Part shown: positions 1 to 7,997 of the stretch, piece after piece
Position numbering within the stretch: position 1 is the stretch's first letter
Layout of the letters: each line of letters opens with the position of its first letter
The notes under the pieces: model-generated
The model's input: only the letters and a program-made list of their open reading frames with translations
The model's database searches: none
What the model was told of the DNA's origin: nothing
DNA from: Candidatus Omnitrophota bacterium
GTDB lineage: Bacteria; Omnitrophota; Gorgyraeia; JABMRN01; RBG-13-46-9
Assembly (NCBI GenBank): GCA_049642705.1
Contig: JBARPB010000004.1
Span: forward strand, 1-44,370
DNA length: 44,370 nt
Direction: 5' to 3'
Position numbers and translations under genes: made by a program

Positions 1-155
1 TCTTTTTTGCCCTCCTTTACCCTAAGTATACCCTAAAAACAGGGTAAAATCAACGTATTTTCCGACGAAAAACTGGCTTTTTCCCGACGAGAAAAGGTTG
101 TTACACTTTTTCGACAATTAATTTACACTACTGTGACACTTCGGAATTCGATTTG

Positions 156-164
156 TGATATAAT
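156..164 (+). promoter_or_regulatory. extended -10 promoter element (TGaTATAAT) for the first CDS
   Basis: TGATATAAT at 156-164 with no well-spaced -35. The predicted TSS at ~170-172 lies downstream of the ORF-track GTG at 133, so the CDS more likely starts at ATG 175 or 187. Confidence 0.4.
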
Positions 165-174
165 CTGCGCAACA

Positions 175-2097
175 ATGAGAAAGAAAATGAGAAAAATAAT
201 AGCGATAGCTACAATTTTGTGTTTCCTGGCAAGCAATGCCGGTTTCGCCATTGATGTCCGCTCCAGCGGATATCGGGGCGGCATGAATCTGGCTGCCGCT
301 TCACGCCTTGACGATATCCTACCCGGCACGGTTTACACGCCCGGAATGATGAGACTTCAGATGTATCTAAGGCTTATTCAGGAACTATATGGTACGTTAA
401 AGGATGATCCGTCCGATATCAATGCCATAAGGGATGCTCTTTTAAAAGTCGCTGAACATGCGAAGGGCGAACCAATTACGCCCGATTCCGCCGTTGCCAC
501 GCTATATCCAAAAATGCTCCTCCAACACGACGAGTTCACGTTTGTAATTACTGCAAGCGTGAGGATAGGTGAGGAAAGACATGATTTCCGTTTGGTATTC
601 TCGTCCATTCCTATAACGGATGAAGGCATTGAGGTGTATCCTATTATTCCTTGCACCAGCAGTATCGAAGAAGCAGCCGACAGGGTTAGGGCTATTTTAA
701 AAAGAGGCTACCGCGATGACCGCGGCAGGTTCCTCGCCCGACGCGGCAAGAGTCCGGAGGAGACGGAAGAGCCTCCTGTGGCCGAGACTAGAGATAAGGC
801 GCAGCTTTCACACCTTGCCCCCCATCCATTGATAAATGCTTTAATCGGAATGATGATTAAATACTCGAGGTCAGAAGAAGGTTTACTGCAGAGGGAGAAG
901 TTTGTTCTTTACGAGCCCTCTCCCCATATTTTTTGGTTCGGGGATCGATACAACAATAATGAGAGCTTTTTAGATATCTTTAATAGACTGGCACGTGTCT
1001 ATGCAAGAAGAAAAGGAAGAGAGAAAGCGACTCTTGAGGATGAGATTGCCGTTGCAAGTGACATGATTAAAGAAGCAGGATTAGAAAAAAGCATACAGGC
1101 TGACAAAGCATTTATAAAAGACCTTAAGGCACGACTCAGCCTGCAGATTGAACACTTTGGGGTTGAGCAAGGCACTATTTATGCAATGAGAAAATATAAA
1201 TATCTTGGTTACAAAGGTAAAATTTTGAATCATGCAAAATTGGAAAGGGCAATACATCTGGCAGCTATAAAGCAAGCGTTTGACGATGATTTTAATACTT
1301 ATGGATTATGGAGAATAGGTTTTATATCTTCTATATTGGTAAGAGCAAATACTAAATTTCGAGATAATGAGATAGATATACCCGAGGAGGTAATGAGTTA
1401 CAGAAAGTTTGCCCAAAAAGCCCACAACTTAGCACAAGCATGTTATCCTTTATCAAATTTGGAATTGCGCACTCGTTTAAGAGAGCGAATAAACCGCGGT
1501 CTTACTCAAGATATGGAGGTTCCCACGGCGGGCATCCGTCCTTCGACACCCGGCAAGAGAACGGAGGATGTTCAAGCCAAGCTTCTCCAGCAAGCGCTCG
1601 CAGCGCTCCCGGAGGAATACCTCAAAAACGGAATGAGCCTTGAAACGCTCGAACAAGCGTTACAAAATGTACTGGCCAAACCTGTGAGAATCGCGCACAC
1701 CCGAGGCGTTTTCATCTTTTCAGAAAAAGCGACATTTGACAATGGATTGGGCATATTATTACCAAAACTTGTAAAATCCGGTATTAAAGTCGCAGTTGTC
1801 GCTACCAGCGATAAACAGAGAAAATTAATCGAAAAACTCAACGAAGAAAAACCGAAAGAAGAAAGAATCGTATATGCCGATAGCGTAGCGGGAATCATGG
1901 CCATACTTTCAGCATCACGATACTATTATTTCAAGGTTGAAGACGACCCCGAAGTAAACATCCGCGGCGTTTCTACGTTTGACATAACACACATTGTTAA
2001 ACAAATTATCGAGGCCTTAGGCAAGGCCTGCGGCGTGGTTGACGAGCTACTGCCGAAGCTACACGACGCCGCGAGGAAGTTCGCTCAGGCCGCGTAA
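175..2097 (+). CDS. hypothetical secreted protein (640 aa from ATG 175), no domain recognised
   Basis: Long ORF. The N-terminus MRKKMRKIIAIATILCFLASNAGFA/IDV looks like a Sec signal peptide. A strong terminator follows the stop. I see no family motifs. Confidence 0.7.
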   Translation: MRKKMRKIIAIATILCFLASNAGFAIDVRSSGYRGGMNLAAASRLDDILPGTVYTPGMMRLQMYLRLIQELYGTLKDDPSDINAIRDALLKVAEHAKGEPITPDSAVATLYPKMLLQHDEFTFVITASVRIGEERHDFRLVFSSIPITDEGIEVYPIIPCTSSIEEAADRVRAILKRGYRDDRGRFLARRGKSPEETEEPPVAETRDKAQLSHLAPHPLINALIGMMIKYSRSEEGLLQREKFVLYEPSPHIFWFGDRYNNNESFLDIFNRLARVYARRKGREKATLEDEIAVASDMIKEAGLEKSIQADKAFIKDLKARLSLQIEHFGVEQGTIYAMRKYKYLGYKGKILNHAKLERAIHLAAIKQAFDDDFNTYGLWRIGFISSILVRANTKFRDNEIDIPEEVMSYRKFAQKAHNLAQACYPLSNLELRTRLRERINRGLTQDMEVPTAGIRPSTPGKRTEDVQAKLLQQALAALPEEYLKNGMSLETLEQALQNVLAKPVRIAHTRGVFIFSEKATFDNGLGILLPKLVKSGIKVAVVATSDKQRKLIEKLNEEKPKEERIVYADSVAGIMAILSASRYYYFKVEDDPEVNIRGVSTFDITHIVKQIIEALGKACGVVDELLPKLHDAARKFAQAA

Positions 2098-2108
2098 TAT
2101 AAACAGCC

Positions 2109-2136
2109 ATAAGCTGTAAGCTTTAAGCTATAAGCA
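2109..2136 (+). repeat. 4 x 7-nt tandem repeat ATAAGCT GTAAGCT TTAAGCT ATAAGCA
   Basis: Read directly from the sequence, between the stop codon at 2097 and the terminator hairpin. Confidence 0.8.
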
Positions 2137-2137
2137 A

Positions 2138-2172
2138 ATAGGGCGGGTCAAAACGACTCGCCCTATTTTTTT
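2138..2172 (+). terminator. rho-independent terminator
   Basis: ATAGGGCGGGTC / GACTCGCCCTAT forms a 12-bp stem (one G-U) with loop AAAAC, followed by a 7-T run. Confidence 0.85.
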
Positions 2173-2174
2173 GT

Positions 2175-2202
2175 TTGACGGAAGTTTCAGATATGCTATA
2201 CT
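2175..2202 (+). promoter_or_regulatory. sigma-70-type promoter TTGACG-16 nt-TATACT
   Basis: -35 at 2175-2180 and -10 at 2197-2202, giving a predicted TSS at ~2209. Confidence 0.6.
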
Positions 2203-2287
2203 ATCGCCTGTGAAAAATCTTCTACTCATTAAAGAAAGATACCTTAAAGAGCCTTTCGAGAGAAGGATCGGGCATTTGGCCAGCAAC

Positions 2288-2560
2288 ATGGCAAAGATTT
2301 CCACCTTTTTAGAAAATTTGAAAAACAGAAAAGCAGCAGAGGATATTTTAGAAGAAAGTAAATTTTTTATAGAATGGACTGCCCAAGAAGCATCACTTGA
2401 GGTACAGGCCGTACTTTCCGAAATACAGCTAAAACTGGCATTGTGGCAGCGCCACTTGGCGCAGAAAAGGGAAAACGTTCGCGAGATAGAAGAAGTGAAA
2501 AATGCAACGAAAGCCTGGAGCAACAATCTGCTGGAGATTTCCGGTATTCTGACAGGTTAG
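2288..2560 (+). CDS. small hypothetical helical protein (90 aa from ATG 2288; alternative starts TTG 2276, GTG 2210)
   Basis: ORF open from 2171 to 2560, but 2171 lies upstream of the predicted promoter. AAGGA sits 7 nt before TTG 2276. The ORF is flanked by its own promoter and terminator. No family recognised. Confidence 0.5.
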   Translation: MAKISTFLENLKNRKAAEDILEESKFFIEWTAQEASLEVQAVLSEIQLKLALWQRHLAQKRENVREIEEVKNATKAWSNNLLEISGILTG

Positions 2561-2577
2561 GTAAAACCAACCGATTC

Positions 2578-2618
2578 AACCGCCGCGGTTTCTTAATCAA
2601 CCGCGGCGGTTTCTTTTT
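2578..2618 (+). terminator. rho-independent terminator
   Basis: AACCGCCGCGGTT / AACCGCGGCGGTT forms a perfect 13-bp stem with loop TCTTAATC, followed by TCTTTTT. Confidence 0.85.
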
Positions 2619-2623
2619 CACTA

Positions 2624-2652
2624 TTGACAAAATAAGTATATTATATTATCAT
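2624..2652 (+). promoter_or_regulatory. sigma-70-type promoter TTGACA-17 nt-TATCAT
   Basis: -35 at 2624-2629 and -10 at 2647-2652. AAGGAG RBS lies ~8 nt before ATG 2711. Confidence 0.6.
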
Positions 2653-2710
2653 AGGCAGCTACAAGCTACCGTTAAGCTACGTTAGTGCTTGAAAAACAAG
2701 GAGTTATAAA

Positions 2711-3874
2711 ATGGCGCAGTTTTATATCGGAGTAGACAGGAAGGCGAGACGGTGCTACGGGTTTGACGAGATAGCGCTTGTCCCGGGCAAGGTTACGATT
2801 AACCCCGCCGAGGTTGACTCAGGTTTCAAGTTTGCGGGTAAAAAATACAAGATCCCCATCTTGGCATCCGCCATGGACGGCGTCGTGGACGTGAAATTCG
2901 CGATTGCAATGGGAAGGTTAGGCGGAATAGCAGTCCTCAACCTCGAAGGCGTCCAGACCCGTTATGATAACCCCAACGAAGTGCTTGATAAAATCGCCAA
3001 CGCCACTCCGGAAGAAGCAACCAAACTTGCACAATCCATATATGCCCCGCCCATAAAGGAAAAACTCATCGCAAAGAGAATAAAAGAGATTAAGAAGGCA
3101 AATGTCCCTGCCGTTGTAAGCGCAATTCCACAAAAAGCGGAAAGATTCGGCAAGATTGCAGAAGAGGCAGGCTGCGATATCTTTGTCGTTCAGGCAACAG
3201 TTACCACAACAAAACACATATCCAAGGAATACAAATCCGTAGATCTAAAAAAATTGTGTAAATCATTAAAAATGCCGCTAATTATCGGCAATTGCGTAAC
3301 ATACGATGTTGCTTTGGCTTTAATGGAAACGGGCTGTGACGGTCTCCTGATAGGAATCGGCCCCGGGACGGCCTGCACTACAAGAGGAGTTTTAGGAATA
3401 GGCGTGCCGCAGGTAACAGCGACAACGGACTGCGTGGCAGCAAGGAATAAATATTTTAAGAAAAAGAAGAGATACGTTTCGATAATAACAGACGGCGGCA
3501 TGTCCACGGGCGGAGATGTATGCAAGGCATTTGCCTGCGGAGCGGACGCTGTAATGCTTGGCAATGCTTTTGCCAGGGCAACGGAAGCGCCGGGGAGAGG
3601 TTATCACTGGGGAATGGCGACGCCACACCCGAACCTGCCGCGTGGAACGCGAATTAAAGTGGGTACGTCCGGAAGCCTTGAGGAAATTTTACTCGGCCCC
3701 GCGCGGACAGACGACGGCACGCAAAACCTCGTGGGGGCCCTTATGACGAGCATGGGGAACCTCGGTGCGCGTAATGTTAAAGAAATGCACAAGGTGGAAA
3801 TTATCATAGCGCCCTCCATACAGACCGAAGGAAAAGTATTCCAAAACGCACAACGCGTCGGCATGGGAAAATGA
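2711..3874 (+). CDS. IMP dehydrogenase-related protein lacking the CBS pair (GuaB3 / IMP_DH_rel_2-like)
   Basis: N-terminus YGFDEIALVPG...ILASAMDGV and catalytic-loop-like GIGPGTACTTR with GGMSTGGD. At 387 aa it has no CBS insertion. Confidence 0.8.
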   Translation: MAQFYIGVDRKARRCYGFDEIALVPGKVTINPAEVDSGFKFAGKKYKIPILASAMDGVVDVKFAIAMGRLGGIAVLNLEGVQTRYDNPNEVLDKIANATPEEATKLAQSIYAPPIKEKLIAKRIKEIKKANVPAVVSAIPQKAERFGKIAEEAGCDIFVVQATVTTTKHISKEYKSVDLKKLCKSLKMPLIIGNCVTYDVALALMETGCDGLLIGIGPGTACTTRGVLGIGVPQVTATTDCVAARNKYFKKKKRYVSIITDGGMSTGGDVCKAFACGADAVMLGNAFARATEAPGRGYHWGMATPHPNLPRGTRIKVGTSGSLEEILLGPARTDDGTQNLVGALMTSMGNLGARNVKEMHKVEIIIAPSIQTEGKVFQNAQRVGMGK

Positions 3875-6800
3875 AGCACGCTGATTTCGTACATCTTCAC
3901 GTACACACCCAGTACAGTCTCCTGGACGGGGCCTGCCGCTTGCAGGACCTCGTGGATCTTGCCTCAAGATTAAAAATGCCGGCATGCGCTATTACCGACC
4001 ACGGCAACATGTTCGGCGTTATCGAATTTTACCAGAAGGCGCAAGATGCGGGCATAAAGCCCCTCATCGGTTGCGAAGTGTATATCGCGCCCGAGAGCCG
4101 ATTTGAAAAATCAAGCCACGGAATTCAGGAAGCGTCGTTCCATTTAATGCTGCTGGCAAAGGATGAAGTAGGTTACAAGAACCTGATGAGACTTGTCTCC
4201 ATCGGCTACACCGAAGGTTTTTACTACAGGCCGAGGATAGACAAGGAGGTGCTGGCCAGGCATAACGACGGCCTCATAGGTCTTTCGGCCTGCCTCAAGG
4301 GCGAAATCCCGCATTTAATCCTTTCCAGTGGGACAGACAGCGCTAAAAGGACAGCCGACCAGTTCAGGCACATATTCGGCAAAGGCAACTTCTACCTCGA
4401 GCTTCAGGATAACGGCATAGACGACCAGGCCAAAGTAAATAAAGCCCTTATAAAAATTTCAAAGGAGCTGGATATTCCGCTCGTTGCCACAAACGACGTT
4501 CATTACCTTTCAAAAGGTGACGCGAAGGCGCACGATGCGCTTCTTTGCATCCAGACGCAGACAACGCTTGAGGATCCTAACAGGATGAGATTTCAGACAG
4601 ACGAATTCTATTTTAAACCGGTCGAGACGATGAAAAAGGCCTTTGGGGAAATAGCGCCGCAAGCCATAACAAATACGATAGAGATTGCCGAAAAATGCAA
4701 CGTGGAACTCGATTTCAGCAAAGTCCACCTCCCGCAGTACAACCCGCCGGAAGGAGTAACGCGCGAGGAATATCTTAAAAAGCTTGTTTCGAAGGGGCTT
4801 AAAGAGAGATACGACAGTGACGACAAGATCGTAAAAGGCAGGGTGGAGCACGAATTGCAGATCATAGAAAAAAGCGGTTACACGAGTTACTTCCTGATTG
4901 CCTGGGATTTTGTGAATTTCGCCAAGGAAAAGGATATCCCGGTAGGGCCGGGGCGTGGCTCTGCGGCGGGAAGCGTGGTAAGTTACGCGCTGGGGATTAC
5001 CGATATAGACCCCATTCGTTACGGCCTGATATTTGAGAGGTTCCTTAACCCTGAGAGAATCAGCATGCCCGATATCGATATCGATTTCTGTTACGAACGC
5101 AGGAACGAAGTCATAAACTACGTGATAAACAAATACTCCAAGAATAACGTCGCGCAGATTATTACGTTCGGAACAATGATGGCAAAGGGCGTCGTAAGGG
5201 ATGTTGGAAGGGTCATGGGAATGCCTTACGCCGAAGTCGATAAAATCGCGAAGCTTATACCAAATGAGCTGAGCATAACACTGGACCGCGCCCTGGCGGT
5301 CGAACCGGAGCTCAAGGATTTATACAAAAATAACCCCGGCATCACTAGGCTCATCGATATATCACGAAGGCTCGAAGGCCTGACCCGCCACGCCTCCACG
5401 CACGCCGCAGGCGTTGTCATAAGCGAGAAGGACCTCACGAATTACGTCCCGCTTTTTGAAACCTCGGACGGCCAGATTACGACCGGGGTTCCCATGAATT
5501 CGCTCGAGAAGATAGGCCTTCTTAAGATGGATTTCCTCGGGCTTCGGACGCTGACTGTCGTAAACGAGACGGTGAAGATCGTGAAAAGGACCCGCTTGGT
5601 CGACATCGACATCGAGAAGATACCGCTTGACGACAGGAAAACGTTCGATCTTTTAGCGGGCGCGGAATCCATAGGCATATTCCAGTTAGAAAGCTCCGGG
5701 ATGCGCGATCTCATGAAAAAGCTGAAGCCGGAGAAATTCGAAGAAATAATAGCGCTTCTTGCGCTCTTCAGGCCGGGCCCCATACAAAGCGGCATGCTCG
5801 ACGATTTTATAAGAAGAAAACACAAAACATCCCAGATTAAATACGATCACCCTATTTTAGAACCAATACTTAAAGATACATACGGAATCATCGTGTTCCA
5901 GGAACAGATAATGAAGATTGCTTCGGAGATGGCGGGCCTTACGTTGGCCGAAGCCGACACTTTAAGACGCGCAATAAGTAAAAAAACACCGGAAATTATG
6001 GCAGAGGCCAGGCACGGTTTTGTAAACGGCGCTTTAAAAAAAGGCATAGAGAAGAATACGGCAGACAAGGTATTCAACCAGATAGAGTATTTTTCCGGGT
6101 ACGGCTTCAATAAATCACATTCAGCGGCCTATGCATTGATAAGCTACCGCACCGCTTACCTCAAGGCCAATTTCCCGATCGAGTTCATGACGGCGCTTCT
6201 AACGAGCGAGCGCGACAACACGGACAAGGTGGCGCTCTACATAAACGAAGCCCTGAGGATGGGGATAAAGATTCTCCCCCCAGACGTGAACGAAAGTTTC
6301 GCCAATTTCACCGTAGTCGAAGAAGGGATACGCTTTGGCCTCGCCGCGGTAAAGAACGTAGGCCAGAGCGCCATAGATTCCATTATTACTTCCAGGTCGA
6401 AGTTCGGCAGGTTTAAGTCACTCTACGATTTTACCCAGCGCGTGGATTCGAGACTTGTTAACAGAAGGGTCATAGAAAGCCTCATTAAATGCGGCGCCTT
6501 TGATTCGTTGGGGATACACCGCTCACAGCAGCTGGCCATACTGGACAAGGCGCTGGAGATAGCGGGCGGGGTGCAGAAGGACAAACTGAACGGGCAATTT
6601 TCTTTCTTTGATACCTTTGACATGCAGGAGAGTTTCCAGAAGACCTTTCAGGAGGTTCCCGATATCCCAGAATGGCCGGAGAACCAGCTGCTTTCTTACG
6701 AAAAGGAAATGCTGGGCTTTTATATAACCAAGCACCCGTTAACCAGTTTCGAAAAGCTGCTGAAGAACTATTCTTCCTTTCCGATAGCGCAACTCGGCAA

Positions 6801-7317
6801 TTTAAGGGACGGCGACGAGGTGCGTTTGGGCGGCATCATAAGCAAGGCGAAGATTACGACCACGAGAAAAACAGGTGAAAAAATGGCCATAGTGAACTTC
6901 GAGGATTTGACTGGCACGGTCGGGACGCTTGTTTTTCCGAGGACGTTTCAGAAATTTTCGAACCTCATCAGGGTGGATTCCATGGTTTTCATAACCGGCA
7001 GGCTTAATTTAAGGGAAGAAGAACCGAAGCTGGTAGCCGACGAAATCATCCCGCTCGAGGAAGTAAAATCCAAGTTCACCAAAGCGATGTTGATAAGGCT
7101 AAAGACCCCGGGGCTCGAAAAGGCAACGCTGGACGCCTTAAAGAGCATACTCACGCGGCACAGCGGAAAGGTCCCGGTTCTTCTGAGCTTTCAGGAACCC
7201 GGCGGCAAAATGATCAGCATGTCCGCCGGCAGGAGTTATTCCGTGAAACTGGATGAGCTTCTCCTCGACGAAATCGAAAACCTGTGCGGCTCCGGAAGCG
7301 TTGGTTTTAAAACATGA
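3871..7317 (+). CDS. dnaE: DNA polymerase III alpha subunit
   Basis: PHP N-terminus FVHLHVHTQYSLLDG, PDIDIDF and GFNKSHSAAYA motifs, 1148 aa. ATGA overlap with the upstream gene. Confidence 0.97.
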   Translation: MKHADFVHLHVHTQYSLLDGACRLQDLVDLASRLKMPACAITDHGNMFGVIEFYQKAQDAGIKPLIGCEVYIAPESRFEKSSHGIQEASFHLMLLAKDEVGYKNLMRLVSIGYTEGFYYRPRIDKEVLARHNDGLIGLSACLKGEIPHLILSSGTDSAKRTADQFRHIFGKGNFYLELQDNGIDDQAKVNKALIKISKELDIPLVATNDVHYLSKGDAKAHDALLCIQTQTTLEDPNRMRFQTDEFYFKPVETMKKAFGEIAPQAITNTIEIAEKCNVELDFSKVHLPQYNPPEGVTREEYLKKLVSKGLKERYDSDDKIVKGRVEHELQIIEKSGYTSYFLIAWDFVNFAKEKDIPVGPGRGSAAGSVVSYALGITDIDPIRYGLIFERFLNPERISMPDIDIDFCYERRNEVINYVINKYSKNNVAQIITFGTMMAKGVVRDVGRVMGMPYAEVDKIAKLIPNELSITLDRALAVEPELKDLYKNNPGITRLIDISRRLEGLTRHASTHAAGVVISEKDLTNYVPLFETSDGQITTGVPMNSLEKIGLLKMDFLGLRTLTVVNETVKIVKRTRLVDIDIEKIPLDDRKTFDLLAGAESIGIFQLESSGMRDLMKKLKPEKFEEIIALLALFRPGPIQSGMLDDFIRRKHKTSQIKYDHPILEPILKDTYGIIVFQEQIMKIASEMAGLTLAEADTLRRAISKKTPEIMAEARHGFVNGALKKGIEKNTADKVFNQIEYFSGYGFNKSHSAAYALISYRTAYLKANFPIEFMTALLTSERDNTDKVALYINEALRMGIKILPPDVNESFANFTVVEEGIRFGLAAVKNVGQSAIDSIITSRSKFGRFKSLYDFTQRVDSRLVNRRVIESLIKCGAFDSLGIHRSQQLAILDKALEIAGGVQKDKLNGQFSFFDTFDMQESFQKTFQEVPDIPEWPENQLLSYEKEMLGFYITKHPLTSFEKLLKNYSSFPIAQLGNLRDGDEVRLGGIISKAKITTTRKTGEKMAIVNFEDLTGTVGTLVFPRTFQKFSNLIRVDSMVFITGRLNLREEEPKLVADEIIPLEEVKSKFTKAMLIRLKTPGLEKATLDALKSILTRHSGKVPVLLSFQEPGGKMISMSAGRSYSVKLDELLLDEIENLCGSGSVGFKT

Positions 7318-7706
7318 TAGACAGGAAGTTGGAAGGCAACATAAAAAAGACAAAAGAGTTTGTGGAGATATGGGGCAATTTCCGCAAGATTTTTAAAAAT
7401 AATGACGAAAAAAACTTCCTGGCAACGAGAACGCTTGTAAATTCGCGCTACGACGACTTAATGGATTCCATAGGCGAAAAGCCAATAAAGCGTTTTATTA
7501 AAAACGAACCCTTATATAACATTCTTTCGCTGGAGAATCTTTCCATAATGTCCGATGAGAGATTAAAGAAGCTCGATAAGGACTGGAATGAGTCTTCGGG
7601 GTATCTCTCTTCGCTGCTCGAGAGGCTCGAGCGGAAGAAAAGACGCATAGAGGGGTTTAACAGATTCTTCTTCTTGCTGAAAAACGTAATAAGGAGGAAG
7701 CGATGA
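7314..7706 (+). CDS. hypothetical protein (130 aa)
   Basis: ORF coupled by ATGA overlaps at both ends. No motif recognised. Confidence 0.6.
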   Translation: MIDRKLEGNIKKTKEFVEIWGNFRKIFKNNDEKNFLATRTLVNSRYDDLMDSIGEKPIKRFIKNEPLYNILSLENLSIMSDERLKKLDKDWNESSGYLSSLLERLERKKRRIEGFNRFFFLLKNVIRRKR

Positions 7707-7975
7707 CAAAGAAAGAAATCGTGACAAGGATATCCGACCATACAGACATAAAACAGGTTGATGTCAAGAAGGTCCTTCAGATGGCGCTTGAGGTTATCAC
7801 CGAAAGCCTCTCTAAAGGAGAGACGGTGGAGCTGCGGAACTTCGGGATTTTTAAAGTAAAATCGAGAAAACCCAGGCTCGGCAGGAATCCGAAAACGGGG
7901 GAGAGCGTCCGGATACCCGGCAAAAAAGTGGTAGCGTTTAAAGCCGGGCTTGTGATGAAGGAAAGGGTTAAATAG
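7703..7975 (+). CDS. HU/IHF family DNA-binding protein
   Basis: 90 aa with FGIFKVKSRKPRLGRNPKTGESVRIP, typical of the HU/IHF beta-arm. Confidence 0.9.
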   Translation: MTKKEIVTRISDHTDIKQVDVKKVLQMALEVITESLSKGETVELRNFGIFKVKSRKPRLGRNPKTGESVRIPGKKVVAFKAGLVMKERVK

Positions 7976-7976
7976 C

Positions 7977-7997
7977 AGGATTAAGGATTAAGTGATG
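7977..7997 (+). repeat. 7-nt tandem AGGATTA AGGATTA AGTGATG running into the hisS start
   Basis: Read directly from the sequence. It occupies the whole IHF-hisS spacer. Confidence 0.7.

Noticed and set aside
2109-2136. Possibility that the short tandem repeats (here and at 7977, 11476, 15795) are a CRISPR array or minisatellite locus
   Set aside because: The units are only 7-13 nt with no spacers, at most four copies, and no cas genes. They are reported instead as intergenic microrepeats.
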